Shown here piece after piece: positions 1-8,012 of a stretch of 64,000 bases of DNA. The notes under the pieces are model-generated. The model was not told the origin of the DNA, did not search any database, and saw nothing but the letters and a program-made list of their open reading frames with translations. The DNA comes from Dehalococcoidia bacterium (lineage in GTDB: Bacteria > Chloroflexota > Dehalococcoidia > Lucifugimonadales > Australimonadaceae), in NCBI GenBank assembly GCA_965200975.1, contig OZ241740.1, positions 1,858,636-1,922,635 of the forward strand. The letters run 5' to 3'. The stretch's first letter is position 1. Each line of letters begins with the position of its first letter. The translations under genes and the position numbers were made by a program.

Positions 1-693
1 CAGGAGGCGGTCGCCGCTCTGAAACACGCCCTCCCCGGCCTCGTTGTCGTCACCGACGTCTGCCTCTGCGAGTACACCGACCACGGCCACTGCGGCGTGC
101 TCCTGGACGACGGCGTCGTCGACAACGACGCGACGCTGGAACTGCTCGCCCGGACAGCCGTCTCCCACGCCGACGCCGGCGCCGACATCGTCGCCCCGTC
201 CGCAATGATGGACGGACAGGTCGCAGCCATCCGCCAGGCGCTCGACTCCAACGGCGGCTCTCACGTGGGCGTTATGGCCTACGCCTCCAAGATGGCTTCC
301 GCGTTCTACGGCCCGTTCCGCGTCGCCGCCGAGTCGTCGCCCAGGTCGGGCGACCGCAAGTCCTACCAGATGGACGGCGCCAACATCCGTGAGGCGATGC
401 GCGAACTCGCCCACGACGCCGCAGAGGGCGCGGACATCCTGATGGTTAAGCCGGCGCTCGCCTACCTCGACGTCGTCGCGCGCGCCCGCGACGCGTTCGA
501 CCTGCCTATCGCCGCCTACAACGTCTCCGGCGAGTACGCCATGCTCAAGGCTGCCGCCGCGAACGGCTGGCTCGACGAGCAGTCCGCAATGATGGAGACG
601 CTCGCCTCCATCAAGCGCGCCGGCGCCGACATCATCATCACGTACTTCGCCAAGGACGCCGCCCGCCTTATCGCCGCCGGACGACAGCTGTAG
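1..693 (+). CDS. hemB: porphobilinogen synthase (delta-aminolevulinate dehydratase), 5' end outside window
   Basis: Frame 1 is open from nt 1 and reads ...[14 protein letters not shown]...[11 protein letters not shown]...[10 protein letters not shown]...IITYFA, the classic HemB motifs. TAG stop at 691-693. Confidence 0.95.
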   Translation, partial: QEAVAALKHALPGLVVVTDVCLCEYTDHGHCGVLLDDGVVDNDATLELLARTAVSHADAGADIVAPSAMMDGQVAAIRQALDSNGGSHVGVMAYASKMASAFYGPFRVAAESSPRSGDRKSYQMDGANIREAMRELAHDAAEGADILMVKPALAYLDVVARARDAFDLPIAAYNVSGEYAMLKAAAANGWLDEQSAMMETLASIKRAGADIIITYFAKDAARLIAAGRQL

Positions 694-717
694 CCCGCGA
701 CCGCACTGGAGAACCTG

Positions 718-1191
718 ATGACCACGAACTCCGCGCCCAACCCCAAACAGCTCGTCATCGAGAAGCTTGCCGGCCTCGGGGCTGCGGTGTTCGAACCCGT
801 GGGAGGCAAGGCCGGCGTCGACCTTGCAGTGCGGGCGGGAGACGGCCAGTTCGTCGAAGCGATTATCCGGCAAGCCGTGTCGGCGGAGAGGCCGCGCGCA
901 TTCCTGATGCGGCGGTTTCGTCCGCGCCCCCACCTGTTCATCGTGGGAGTCGTGGACGCCGCCGACGGTCCGGAGGCGTGGCTGCTGCCCTCCAACGTGT
1001 TCGAGCGGTTCGCGCAGGGAGCGCCGGGCGAGCCTGAGTGGGTGCTTGACCTCGACGACGACGCCGGCGAGCCTCTCAGCGAACGCCTCGCCGTGTACCG
1101 GGAGCGCTGGGCGCTCGTAGCCGAGTACTCGAAGTTCCGCTCCACCCTGGGCGATCCTGTCGCCCTGCAAGTCCGCATCGCTATGGGATAA
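718..1191 (+). CDS. hypothetical protein, possibly with a degenerate PD-(D/E)XK nuclease-like fold
   Basis: 157-aa ORF. ATG is preceded by GGAG at 7 nt. It is tightly packed between hemB and hemL (stop 1189-1191, hemL GTG at 1195). The segment GVDLAV..GQFVEAIIRQ resembles a D...E.K-type core but lacks the Lys. No family recognised. Confidence 0.55.
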   Translation: MTTNSAPNPKQLVIEKLAGLGAAVFEPVGGKAGVDLAVRAGDGQFVEAIIRQAVSAERPRAFLMRRFRPRPHLFIVGVVDAADGPEAWLLPSNVFERFAQGAPGEPEWVLDLDDDAGEPLSERLAVYRERWALVAEYSKFRSTLGDPVALQVRIAMG

Positions 1192-1194
1192 GCC

Positions 1195-2478
1195 GTGAGA
1201 CTCGACCTTTCAGAACAACTCTTCGACCGTTCACAGAAGCTCATCCCCGGCGGGGTCAACAGCCCGGTGCGCTCGTTCGGGGCCGTCGGCGGAGTCCCGC
1301 CGTTCATCGCGCGCGGCAAGGGCGCGCGGGTGTGGGACGTCGACAGCAACGAGTACGTCGACTTCCTCGGTTCGTGGGGGCCGCTTGCGCTTGGGCATGC
1401 GCATCCGGCCATCGTCGAGGCGGTCGGCGGCGCCGCCGCCGCCGGCACGAGCTTCGGCGCCCCCACGGAGCGCGAACTGCAGCTCGCCGAACTCATAACC
1501 CGCGCGATGCCGTCCATCGAAATGCTGCGGCTCGTCAGCTCCGGCACGGAGGCGGCGATGAGCGCGCTGCGCATCGCCCGCGCCTACACTGGCCGCCCCA
1601 AGATCATCAAGTTCAACGGCAACTACCACGGCCACGCCGACGCCCTGCTCGTAAAGGCCGGCTCCGGCGCGGCGACCCACGGAGTCCCCACTAGCGCCGG
1701 CGTCCCTCCCTCCTACGCCGCCGAGACCCTCGTCGCCGAGTACAACGACCTCTCGTCCGTGGAGGCCCTCTTCGACGCCCACGTCAATCAGGTCGCCGCC
1801 GTCATCGTCGAGCCTGTCGCGGGCAATATGGGCGTCGCTGCGCCTGCCCCCGAATTCCTTGGCGGGCTGCGCAGGCTGTGCGACGCGAACGGCGCGCTCC
1901 TGATTTTCGACGAGGTCATCACCGGCTTCCGCGTCGCCTACGGGGGAGCGCAGGAGCGGTACAGGGTCGCCGCCGACCTCACCTGCCTTGGCAAGATCAT
2001 TGGCGGCGGGCTGCCCGTCGGCGCCTACGGCGGCAAGTCCGAGGTTATGCGGATGGCTGCTCCGCTCGGGCCCGCCTACCAGGCCGGGACGCTCTCCGGC
2101 AACCCTCTGGCCGTCTCGGCAGGCGCCGCCTGCCTGACGGAGCTCAGCAAGCCAGGGACGTACGATACGCTCGAATCGCTCGGCGCCACGGTCGAGAGCG
2201 GACTTACGGAGGCGGCGCGCTCAGCCGGCGTTCCTCTCACGGTCAACCGGGTTGGCTCGATGCTCACCGCCTTCTTCACCGGCGGCCCCGTAACGACGTG
2301 GGAGGAGGCTGCAGCCGCCGACGCCGGCAGCTACGCGCGCTACTTCCACGGCCTGCTCGAGCGCGGAGTCTACGTTGCGCCGTCGCAGTTCGAGGCGGCG
2401 TTCGTCTCGCTCGCGCACACCCCGGACGATCTTGCATTCGCCGCAGAGCAGGCCCGGCTGGCGTTCGCATCGCTCTGA
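1195..2478 (+). CDS. hemL: glutamate-1-semialdehyde 2,1-aminomutase
   Basis: 427 aa, reading LIPGGVNSPVRSF...FDEVITGFRV...GKIIGGGLPVGAYGG...GTLSGNPLA. This is typical class-III aminotransferase HemL. Confidence 0.95.
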   Translation: MRLDLSEQLFDRSQKLIPGGVNSPVRSFGAVGGVPPFIARGKGARVWDVDSNEYVDFLGSWGPLALGHAHPAIVEAVGGAAAAGTSFGAPTERELQLAELITRAMPSIEMLRLVSSGTEAAMSALRIARAYTGRPKIIKFNGNYHGHADALLVKAGSGAATHGVPTSAGVPPSYAAETLVAEYNDLSSVEALFDAHVNQVAAVIVEPVAGNMGVAAPAPEFLGGLRRLCDANGALLIFDEVITGFRVAYGGAQERYRVAADLTCLGKIIGGGLPVGAYGGKSEVMRMAAPLGPAYQAGTLSGNPLAVSAGAACLTELSKPGTYDTLESLGATVESGLTEAARSAGVPLTVNRVGSMLTAFFTGGPVTTWEEAAAADAGSYARYFHGLLERGVYVAPSQFEAAFVSLAHTPDDLAFAAEQARLAFASL

Positions 2479-2862
2479 GCGCGTCGCACGACGCGATAGC
2501 GCAGTAGGGCGTCAGCGCTGGGCGTGCGAGTGGAAGATCGTTCGCTCCACCAGCCCCCTGGGTAGCGCGGGAGCCGGGAGAGAGTTCGCCGTCGCAGTAG
2601 CGCGCGCCTCTTGGCAGACGCTGCGGCATCGCCTAAGATTCGGGGCGCGGCGATAGGCCGCAGAAAGGGGATGATCCAGTAGTGTCAACATCATTACCTC
2701 GCACTGCTGCGTCACCCGCTGCTCGCCGCTAGGGACCGGCTGGTCGGTGCCGGTCGCCCCGCGGCGTCCCGTGGGACCGCAGTGGCGGGCCCTTCGGGAG
2801 GCGCAGCAGGGTGCGCCCCGCGAACGCGCGCTCCGGCGTTGCCGACGCGGGGAAATGGGACG

Positions 2863-2902
2863 GGCGCCTCGGCCCTTCATCGGGCCGGGGCGCCTTATTT
2901 TT
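2863..2902 (+). terminator. intrinsic terminator-like hairpin followed by a T-tract
   Basis: GGCGCCTCGGCCC-TTCATC-GGGCCGGGGCGCC forms a 13-bp stem with one G.U pair and a 6-nt loop. It is followed directly by TTATTTTT. Confidence 0.6.
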
Positions 2903-2949
2903 GAAGCAGCGCTCTCTCCTCCCAGGCCGGCTACTCGCCTCAGCGCGAG

Positions 2950-3039
2950 GCGCACTCCCCGGCGCCCTTGGCCGTCTTGTAGACGCTGTTGCCGGAAGAT
3001 AGCCATTGGTGCGCACTCCCCGGCGCCCTTGGCCGTCTT
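2950..3039. repeat. two exact 29-bp direct repeats with a 61-bp period, upstream of the LLM gene
   Basis: GCGCACTCCCCGGCGCCCTTGGCCGTCTT occurs at 2950-2978 and 3011-3039, separated by a 32-nt spacer. A phased partial third copy (CGCACTCCC) lies at 3073-3081. Confidence 0.85.
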
Positions 3040-3059
3040 CTCCGTGCGAGGTCGTGCAG

Positions 3060-3068
3060 TGGTAGAAT
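3060..3068 (+). promoter_or_regulatory. candidate extended -10 promoter element (TGgTAGAAT) for the LLM oxidoreductase gene
   Basis: TGGTAGAAT lies 27 nt upstream of ATG 3095, and GAGG at 3086-3089 could serve as the SD. No good -35 element was seen. Confidence 0.3.
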
Positions 3069-3094
3069 AGGCCGCACTCCCGTTCGAGGTTGCT

Positions 3095-4036
3095 ATGTCT
3101 GTGAAGATAGGCTTGGCTGGGGCGTCGGTCATGGCCCGTGAGGGGCGCGACTCGTTTATGTCGTACGTCGACGCCGCCGAGGAGCTCGGCTGGGACTCGA
3201 TCTGGTTCTCCGACCGGATTGTAGGGCCGGCGTGGCGTATGGACCCGCTCGCCGGCATGGCCCTCGTGGCGGGGCGCACGGAGAAGCTGAAGTTCGGGAC
3301 GGGCGTGCTGATTATGTCGGTGCGGAGCCCGGTTGCGACGGCCCGCGAGGTCGCCACCATCGACCTTCTCTCGAACGGCAGGCTCGTTCTGGGCGTCGGC
3401 GTGGGGCAGGAGTCTCCCGCCGAGTACGAGGCGATGGGCGTTCGGAAGAAGGACCGGGGGAGGCGGCTCGACGAGGCTATCCGCGTAATGCGCCGGCTAT
3501 GGACGGAGGACTCGGTCACCTACGAGAGCGAATTCCTGAAGCTGACCGACGCGACGATCGGGGTGCGCCCCAAGCAGGCGAACGTCCCTATCTGGATAGG
3601 AAGCCGCTCGGAGGCGGGGCTCCGGCGCACGGGCCGTCTCGGCGACGGCTGGCTGCCGACCCAGCTCACTCCGGAGGAGGTCGCCGCCGGCATCGTCCGT
3701 ATCAAAGAGTACGCCGCCGAGGCGGGACGGACACTGGAGGACGACCATTTCGGCCTGCAGATAAGCTCCTACCTCGTCGAGAGCGGCAGCGTCCCCGATT
3801 ACGTGGCGGAGCGCTACCTGTTGCGCCGCCGCGCGGACGTGGGCGTCGAGCGCATCAATCTGCTCGGCACGCAAGAGCAGATTATGGAGCGCCTCCGCGA
3901 GTACGTCGACGCCGGCGCCAGCAAGTTCGTTTTCAATCCCGCGTGCGGGGCGAACGAGATGCTCGAGCAGATGCGCCTCCAGGCCGAGGCCATCGTGCAG
4001 CCCGTTCACCGCAAACTCGCGCCGGTGGGCGCGTAA
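3095..4036 (+). CDS. LLM-class (luciferase-like) flavin/F420-dependent oxidoreductase
   Basis: 313 aa, reading LGWDSIWFSDRI...GTGVLI...NGRLVLGVGVG...VPIWIGS...GDGWLP. This is the luciferase-like monooxygenase family pattern. Confidence 0.85.
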   Translation: MSVKIGLAGASVMAREGRDSFMSYVDAAEELGWDSIWFSDRIVGPAWRMDPLAGMALVAGRTEKLKFGTGVLIMSVRSPVATAREVATIDLLSNGRLVLGVGVGQESPAEYEAMGVRKKDRGRRLDEAIRVMRRLWTEDSVTYESEFLKLTDATIGVRPKQANVPIWIGSRSEAGLRRTGRLGDGWLPTQLTPEEVAAGIVRIKEYAAEAGRTLEDDHFGLQISSYLVESGSVPDYVAERYLLRRRADVGVERINLLGTQEQIMERLREYVDAGASKFVFNPACGANEMLEQMRLQAEAIVQPVHRKLAPVGA

Positions 4037-4053
4037 CGCGCGGACCGCCGCTT

Positions 4054-5088
4054 ATGAAAGTTGGCATCATCAACGTAACAGGGTATGCGGGCATCGAGCT
4101 CGCCCGCATCCTCCACCGGCATCCGGAGGCTGAGGTCGTCGGCGTGACCGGACGCAGCCAGGCGGGCGAGGAGCTTGGCGACGCGCTCCCCCATCTTGCG
4201 CGGCTGAATATGACTATCGAGCCGGATATCGCCGGCAGCGTCGATATCGTCTTCTCCGCGCTGCCGCAGGTCGCCTCCGCCGAGGCGTGCGTCCCGTTTG
4301 CGCGCAGCGGCGTGCGAGTAGTCGACATTTCGGCGGACTTTCGCCTGCGCGATCCGGCGGAGTACGCGGAGTGGTACGGCGCCGAGCATCCGGCGCCCGA
4401 CCTGCTCGAGATGTCCGTCTACGGCCTGACCGAGCTCGACCGCGAAGGGGTGGCGGGAGCGCAGATTGTGGCTAACCCCGGCTGCTACCCCACCGCGGCG
4501 CTGCTCGCGCTCGCGCCTGTCGTGAGCGAGGGGCTTATCGCCGACCAGATCATCATCGACTGCAAGTCGGGCGTCTCCGGCGCAGGACGCGGGCTCAGCC
4601 TTACGACGCACTTCTCGGAGGTGAACGAGAACGTGTTCGCGTACTCCGTGGGGGGCCACCGGCACCTGCCGGAGATTACGCAGGAGCTGCGGCGTCTGCG
4701 GGCGGGATACGATCCGCGGGCGTTGTTTCAGCCGCACCTCATTCCGATGACGCGCGGCATTCTCGACACGGTGTACGCGGATTTCGCTCCGGGCGCGTTC
4801 GGCTCTCCCGAGCAGGCCGCCGCAGCTATCGCGGAGTTGTACGATAGCTACTACCGGAACGAGCCGTTCGTGAAGATTGTCCGCAAACCGCCCCAGACGA
4901 AGCAGACGTGGGGCAACAACGACTGCCTCATCCACCCGACGGTCGATCCGCGGACAGGCCGGTTAGTGGTCTTTTCCGCGCTGGACAATCTCGTGAAGGG
5001 CGCCGCCGGTCAGGCGGTGCAGAATATGAACCTGATGTTCGGGCTGCCGGAAGCCGCGGGACTCGAACAGCTTGCCATCTACCCATAG
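4054..5088 (+). CDS. argC: N-acetyl-gamma-glutamyl-phosphate reductase
   Basis: ATG at 4054, reading MKVGIINVTGYAGIELARIL...ANPGCYPTAALLAL...NLVKGAAGQAVQNMNLMFG. The Arg/Gly-rich part of ORF 3232..5088 upstream of 4054 overlaps the LLM gene and is not coding. Confidence 0.95.
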   Translation: MKVGIINVTGYAGIELARILHRHPEAEVVGVTGRSQAGEELGDALPHLARLNMTIEPDIAGSVDIVFSALPQVASAEACVPFARSGVRVVDISADFRLRDPAEYAEWYGAEHPAPDLLEMSVYGLTELDREGVAGAQIVANPGCYPTAALLALAPVVSEGLIADQIIIDCKSGVSGAGRGLSLTTHFSEVNENVFAYSVGGHRHLPEITQELRRLRAGYDPRALFQPHLIPMTRGILDTVYADFAPGAFGSPEQAAAAIAELYDSYYRNEPFVKIVRKPPQTKQTWGNNDCLIHPTVDPRTGRLVVFSALDNLVKGAAGQAVQNMNLMFGLPEAAGLEQLAIYP

Positions 5089-5116
5089 CGGCGAAGCCGC
5101 TTCGTCCGCGCAATGC

Positions 5117-5193
5117 GCCCCCATGGTCTAGCGGCCTAGGACGTCACCCTTTCAAGGTGAAGATCGCGGGTTCGAATCCCGCTGGGGGCGCCA
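5117..5193 (+). tRNA. tRNA-Glu (anticodon UUC), CCA encoded
   Basis: The sequence is GCCCCCATGGTCTAGCGG...TCACC-CTTTCAA-GGTGA...GCGGGTTCGAATCCCGC-TGGGGGC-G-CCA. The cloverleaf folds by eye and the anticodon loop is C-U-UUC-A-A. Confidence 0.9.
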
Positions 5194-5210
5194 CCTGCGT
5201 CGGCCCCGCG

Positions 5211-5681
5211 CTACTCCCGGATGCTCTGGGCGAGGTAATGCTCCGGGCCAACCTGCCTGATGAGCTCAAGCTGAGTCTCGATCCAATCGATGTGCTCTTC
5301 CTCGTCCCGAAGCATCTCCTCAAGAATCTTTCGGGCGCCGAATTCTCCAACGCGCTCACAGTGGGCGATAGCCTCGCTGAGCGTCTCAAGCGCCTGACGC
5401 TCGGACTCCAGATCGAGCCGCAGGTTTTCTTCGACGGTCTCTCCTATCTTGATCTGGCCTAGGCGCTGCAAGTTGGGCAGACCTTCGAGGAAGAGGATGT
5501 GCCGAATCACTCTCTGAGCATCGCGCATCTCCCCCAAGCTCAGCTCCCGCAGCTTTTCGGCAGCGCTCTCGAACCCCCAGTTGCGCACTATCTCCGACTG
5601 CGCGAAGTACTGGTTGATCGCAGTGAGGTCATTCATCAGCACTGCGTTGAGCCTGTCCAACACCCCTTCTTTGGCCTGCAT
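5211..5681 (-). CDS. bfr: bacterioferritin
   Basis: 156 aa, reading LNAVLMNDLTAINQYFAQSEIVRNWGF...GEMRDAQRVI..ILFLEG.P...EEEHIDWIETQLELI. This is the ferritin-like Bfr signature. Confidence 0.93.
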   Translation of the reverse strand: MQAKEGVLDRLNAVLMNDLTAINQYFAQSEIVRNWGFESAAEKLRELSLGEMRDAQRVIRHILFLEGLPNLQRLGQIKIGETVEENLRLDLESERQALETLSEAIAHCERVGEFGARKILEEMLRDEEEHIDWIETQLELIRQVGPEHYLAQSIRE

Positions 5682-5790
5682 CTACATCTCCTTTTGGCTC
5701 CGTTCGGGAGCGGCGCGAGCCGAGTGCGTGGCCAAAGCATAGCACAGATTCGTCTGTACGGTCAGTCTGTACGATTGGAGGAAGAAAGTC

Positions 5791-5818
5791 TTGACATTTG
5801 GTCTGATACGGGTATGAT
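5791..5818 (+). promoter_or_regulatory. near-consensus sigma70-type promoter for bfd
   Basis: TTGACA (5791-5796), a 16-nt spacer, then TATGAT (5813-5818). It lies in the AT-richer bfr/bfd divergent intergenic region, about 40 nt upstream of the bfd ATG. Confidence 0.5.
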
Positions 5819-5857
5819 GCTCTTGATGATTCGTCTATACATAGGAGATTCCTACGT

Positions 5858-6046
5858 ATGTACATATGCATCTGCAACAGCGTCACCGAAAGCGACTTGG
5901 CCTCCCTGCTCGCCTCGCTCAACTTCGAAATGGAAGGCTTGGCTGAGCGCCTCGGATTCGACAGGCACGACTGCTGCGGCCACTGCGCGGAGCAAATCGA
6001 CAACCTCGTGAACGCCGCGGCGCCCTTCGCCTCTGGACTCGTGTGA
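5858..6046 (+). CDS. bfd: bacterioferritin-associated ferredoxin (BFD-like [2Fe-2S] domain)
   Basis: 62 aa, reading MYICICNSVTESDL...DCCGHC. It has the C-x-C...C-x2-C pattern typical of Bfd and is divergent from bfr. Confidence 0.85.
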   Translation: MYICICNSVTESDLASLLASLNFEMEGLAERLGFDRHDCCGHCAEQIDNLVNAAAPFASGLV

Positions 6047-6273
6047 GCGGCGTAATGAAGCTCAGCCTTAGGGCCAGGAACGCTCCCGCCCCGGCGCTTG
6101 GGCCCTCCGTCAATGACGTCCCGGGCGCGCTCAACGCAGAGCCGTGCCCCCACACTAGGAAACGCACGGTGCGCTGGACGCGTTATCGCGTTCGATCGCT
6201 CGGCTTGTCGTTTGGGCGCTCCGTCTGCGCGGACTGTGGCGCGCTGATGCGACGCAAGTCCCTCAAACTCTAA
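6043..6273 (+). CDS. hypothetical small basic protein with a Cys/His zinc-ribbon-like pattern
   Basis: 76 aa. GTG 6043 overlaps the bfd TGA (GTGA). Its stop is followed by GGGAG and the TTG start of the next gene. The protein has CPH...CADC. Support is positional only. Confidence 0.35.
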   Translation: MSGVMKLSLRARNAPAPALGPSVNDVPGALNAEPCPHTRKRTVRWTRYRVRSLGLSFGRSVCADCGALMRRKSLKL

Positions 6274-6284
6274 GGGAGCCGCCT

Positions 6285-6671
6285 TTGGTCCAAGTCCACG
6301 TAGTCGACGTATTGAGCGCCGAGCAGGGGCGCGGAGAGCATGTGCGCTTCGCCTCTTCCTGTGGCGAATCCTTTGTCGTCCCGATACCCCTTGGACAAGC
6401 GGACGCTGTGCGGCAGGCTATGGGCAGACCGTCCAGTAGGCAAATGCTGGAGTCCTGGCTCTTTGCCGAGCTTTTCGACGGAACCCTGACAGAAGTGCTC
6501 ATTGAAGAGCAAGCCGGTTGCCGCAGCTTCTACATGGTGATCTCGGGCCAAAGCTGTCTTAAGCGTTTCCCCGTCACTCCTATAGACGCCATCCTGACAG
6601 GTTTGAGGATGGGCGCGCCGTTCCTGATGACGAGGCTCCCCCGCCCCTTTGAGACTGCCCTGATTCGGTAA
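6285..6671 (+). CDS. bifunctional nuclease (BFN/DUF151)-like domain protein
   Basis: 128 aa. The pattern VVPIPLGQADAVRQAM...TEVLIEE....FYMVISG....VTPIDAILTGLRMGAPFLM parallels the DUF151 consensus (lPIwIG..EA.aI...V.I..l.d.tfyA.....iDaRPSDAIALAlR..aPI). It is divergent at the key residues. Confidence 0.55.
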   Translation: MVQVHVVDVLSAEQGRGEHVRFASSCGESFVVPIPLGQADAVRQAMGRPSSRQMLESWLFAELFDGTLTEVLIEEQAGCRSFYMVISGQSCLKRFPVTPIDAILTGLRMGAPFLMTRLPRPFETALIR

Positions 6672-6807
6672 GTCTACCCACTCTGCAAGCCGGGAGGCGC
6701 AACCGCAGCGCTGCTGGCCCTCTACCGGTACGGGGCGCGCGATACGCTCATCGGCGCTATGCGATGCGATATTCAATGGCAAGCGCGTTCGCGCCGTATG
6801 AGCTGAA

Positions 6808-7713
6808 CTACGCCGCCGCGCCTACTGGCAGGTCGATCTCGAATCCGGCGAGCATCTCGTCCAGGAACGCAGCGGTCTCCGCGTCGACGTCGACGAGCGG
6901 AAGGCGAAGGCTTCCTACTCCGAACCCCGCTCTGTTGAGGCAGTACTTGACGGGCATCGGGTTCGATACGCGGAAGAGGCCTGTGCTCATGGGCAGCTGA
7001 CGCTCGTGCTCGGCGCGGGCGTTCTCGATATCGCCCGCCGCCGTCAGCTCGATAAGCCGCTTGATCTGGTTGCCTATCAGGTGCGACGCGACGCTGACGA
7101 CGCCCCATCCTCCGAGGCGCACGACGTCGAACGTGTCGCTGTCGTTCCCGCTCCACACGCGAAAACCGTCCGGCGCTCCGTTGATGATGGCCTCTATCTG
7201 GGCGAGGTCGCCTGAGGCTTCCTTTATGCCAATGATGTTTTCGACGTCGCGGGCGAGGCGCAGCGTCGTTTCGGCAGTGAGGTTCACGATGGTGCGGCTA
7301 GGGACGTTGTAGAGCATGCAGGGCAGCGACGTGCTCTCGGCCACAGCCTTGAAGTGGCGGTAGAGGCCCTCCTGCGTGGGCTTATTGTAGTAAGGGACGA
7401 CCAGCAGCTGCGCGTCGGCGCCAGCCTCTTCGGCCATCGCGGCGAGCTTGATCGTCTCTCCCGTGCCGTTCGTGCCGGAGCCGGCGATCACCGCGGCGGA
7501 GTCTCCCACGGCCTGCTTCACTTCGGTCCACAGGCGCAGGTTCTCCTCGTGAGCGAGCGACGGGTTCTCGCCCGTCGTGCCGGTTACGACGAGGCCGTCG
7601 CTGCCGGATGCGGTCAGGGCCCGCGCCAGCCGGCGCGCCTGTCCGTAGTCGACCTCCATCGCCGCGTCGAACGGCGTAACCATCGCCGTGATGAGTCGTC
7701 CTGGCTCGACCAT
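6808..7713 (-). CDS. dapA: 4-hydroxy-tetrahydrodipicolinate synthase
   Basis: ATG at 7713 is preceded by AGGAGG. The protein reads LITAMVTPF...GLVVTGTTGE...YNKP...LYNVPSRT...GIKEASGD. The longer ORF to 7905 is an Arg-rich artefact. Confidence 0.93.
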   Translation of the reverse strand: MVEPGRLITAMVTPFDAAMEVDYGQARRLARALTASGSDGLVVTGTTGENPSLAHEENLRLWTEVKQAVGDSAAVIAGSGTNGTGETIKLAAMAEEAGADAQLLVVPYYNKPTQEGLYRHFKAVAESTSLPCMLYNVPSRTIVNLTAETTLRLARDVENIIGIKEASGDLAQIEAIINGAPDGFRVWSGNDSDTFDVVRLGGWGVVSVASHLIGNQIKRLIELTAAGDIENARAEHERQLPMSTGLFRVSNPMPVKYCLNRAGFGVGSLRLPLVDVDAETAAFLDEMLAGFEIDLPVGAAA

Positions 7714-7817
7714 GCTCCGCCTCCTGCGGGGGCGCCGCCATTGTAGCCCCCTGTCTCTTTGCGCGGGGTCTCTTGCGCGGGAGAGCGTCCGCTCCCTCGC
7801 GCCCTTCCGGGGCCGCC

Positions 7818-8012
7818 CTAGTCCTGGTTCCGACCCCGCCTGGACCACAGCCAGATGCCGAGGAACAACAGGATCGCCAACGACAGCGCAGCCGCGGCGC
7901 CCCACAATGCGCCGAAGTAAGCTGTCACGCCGCGTTCGACGAGGAGCAAGCCGAACAGTATCGAGGCGGCCCGCCCCACCGTGCCCGTAAGATCCCGCGA
8001 ATCGTTCCTCAT
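7818..8012 (-). CDS. hypothetical small two-TM membrane protein
   Basis: 64 aa, reading MRNDSRDLTG..ASILFGLLLV...AAALSLAILLFLGIWLW. Its ATG (8012-8010) overlaps the asd TGA (8011-8009) as ATGA. Confidence 0.5.
   Translation of the reverse strand: MRNDSRDLTGTVGRAASILFGLLLVERGVTAYFGALWGAAAALSLAILLFLGIWLWSRRGRNQD

Noticed and set aside
516-1574. 352-aa minus-strand ORF spanning hemB, the 157-aa gene and hemL
   Set aside because: It is antisense to three well-supported genes. Its composition is dominated by S/A/R/P, as expected for the reverse frame of high-GC coding DNA.
2950-3100. Calling the 29-nt/32-nt repeat a CRISPR array
   Set aside because: There are only two exact repeats plus a roughly 10-nt remnant, and no cas genes or leader in the window. 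The repeat abuts a promoter/start codon. It is kept as a direct repeat with a regulatory hypothesis.
3232-4053. N-terminal 270 aa of the 618-aa ORF 3232..5088
   Set aside because: It is Arg/Gly/Pro-rich junk that overlaps the LLM gene in another frame. argC begins at ATG 4054 with its canonical MKVGIIN.TGY.G N-terminus.
5117-5193. Functional link between tRNA-Glu and the nearby hemB/hemL genes (the C5 pathway uses Glu-tRNA)
   Set aside because: argC and an LLM gene intervene, and the tRNA has the ordinary UUC anticodon and structure. The adjacency is most simply a coincidence.
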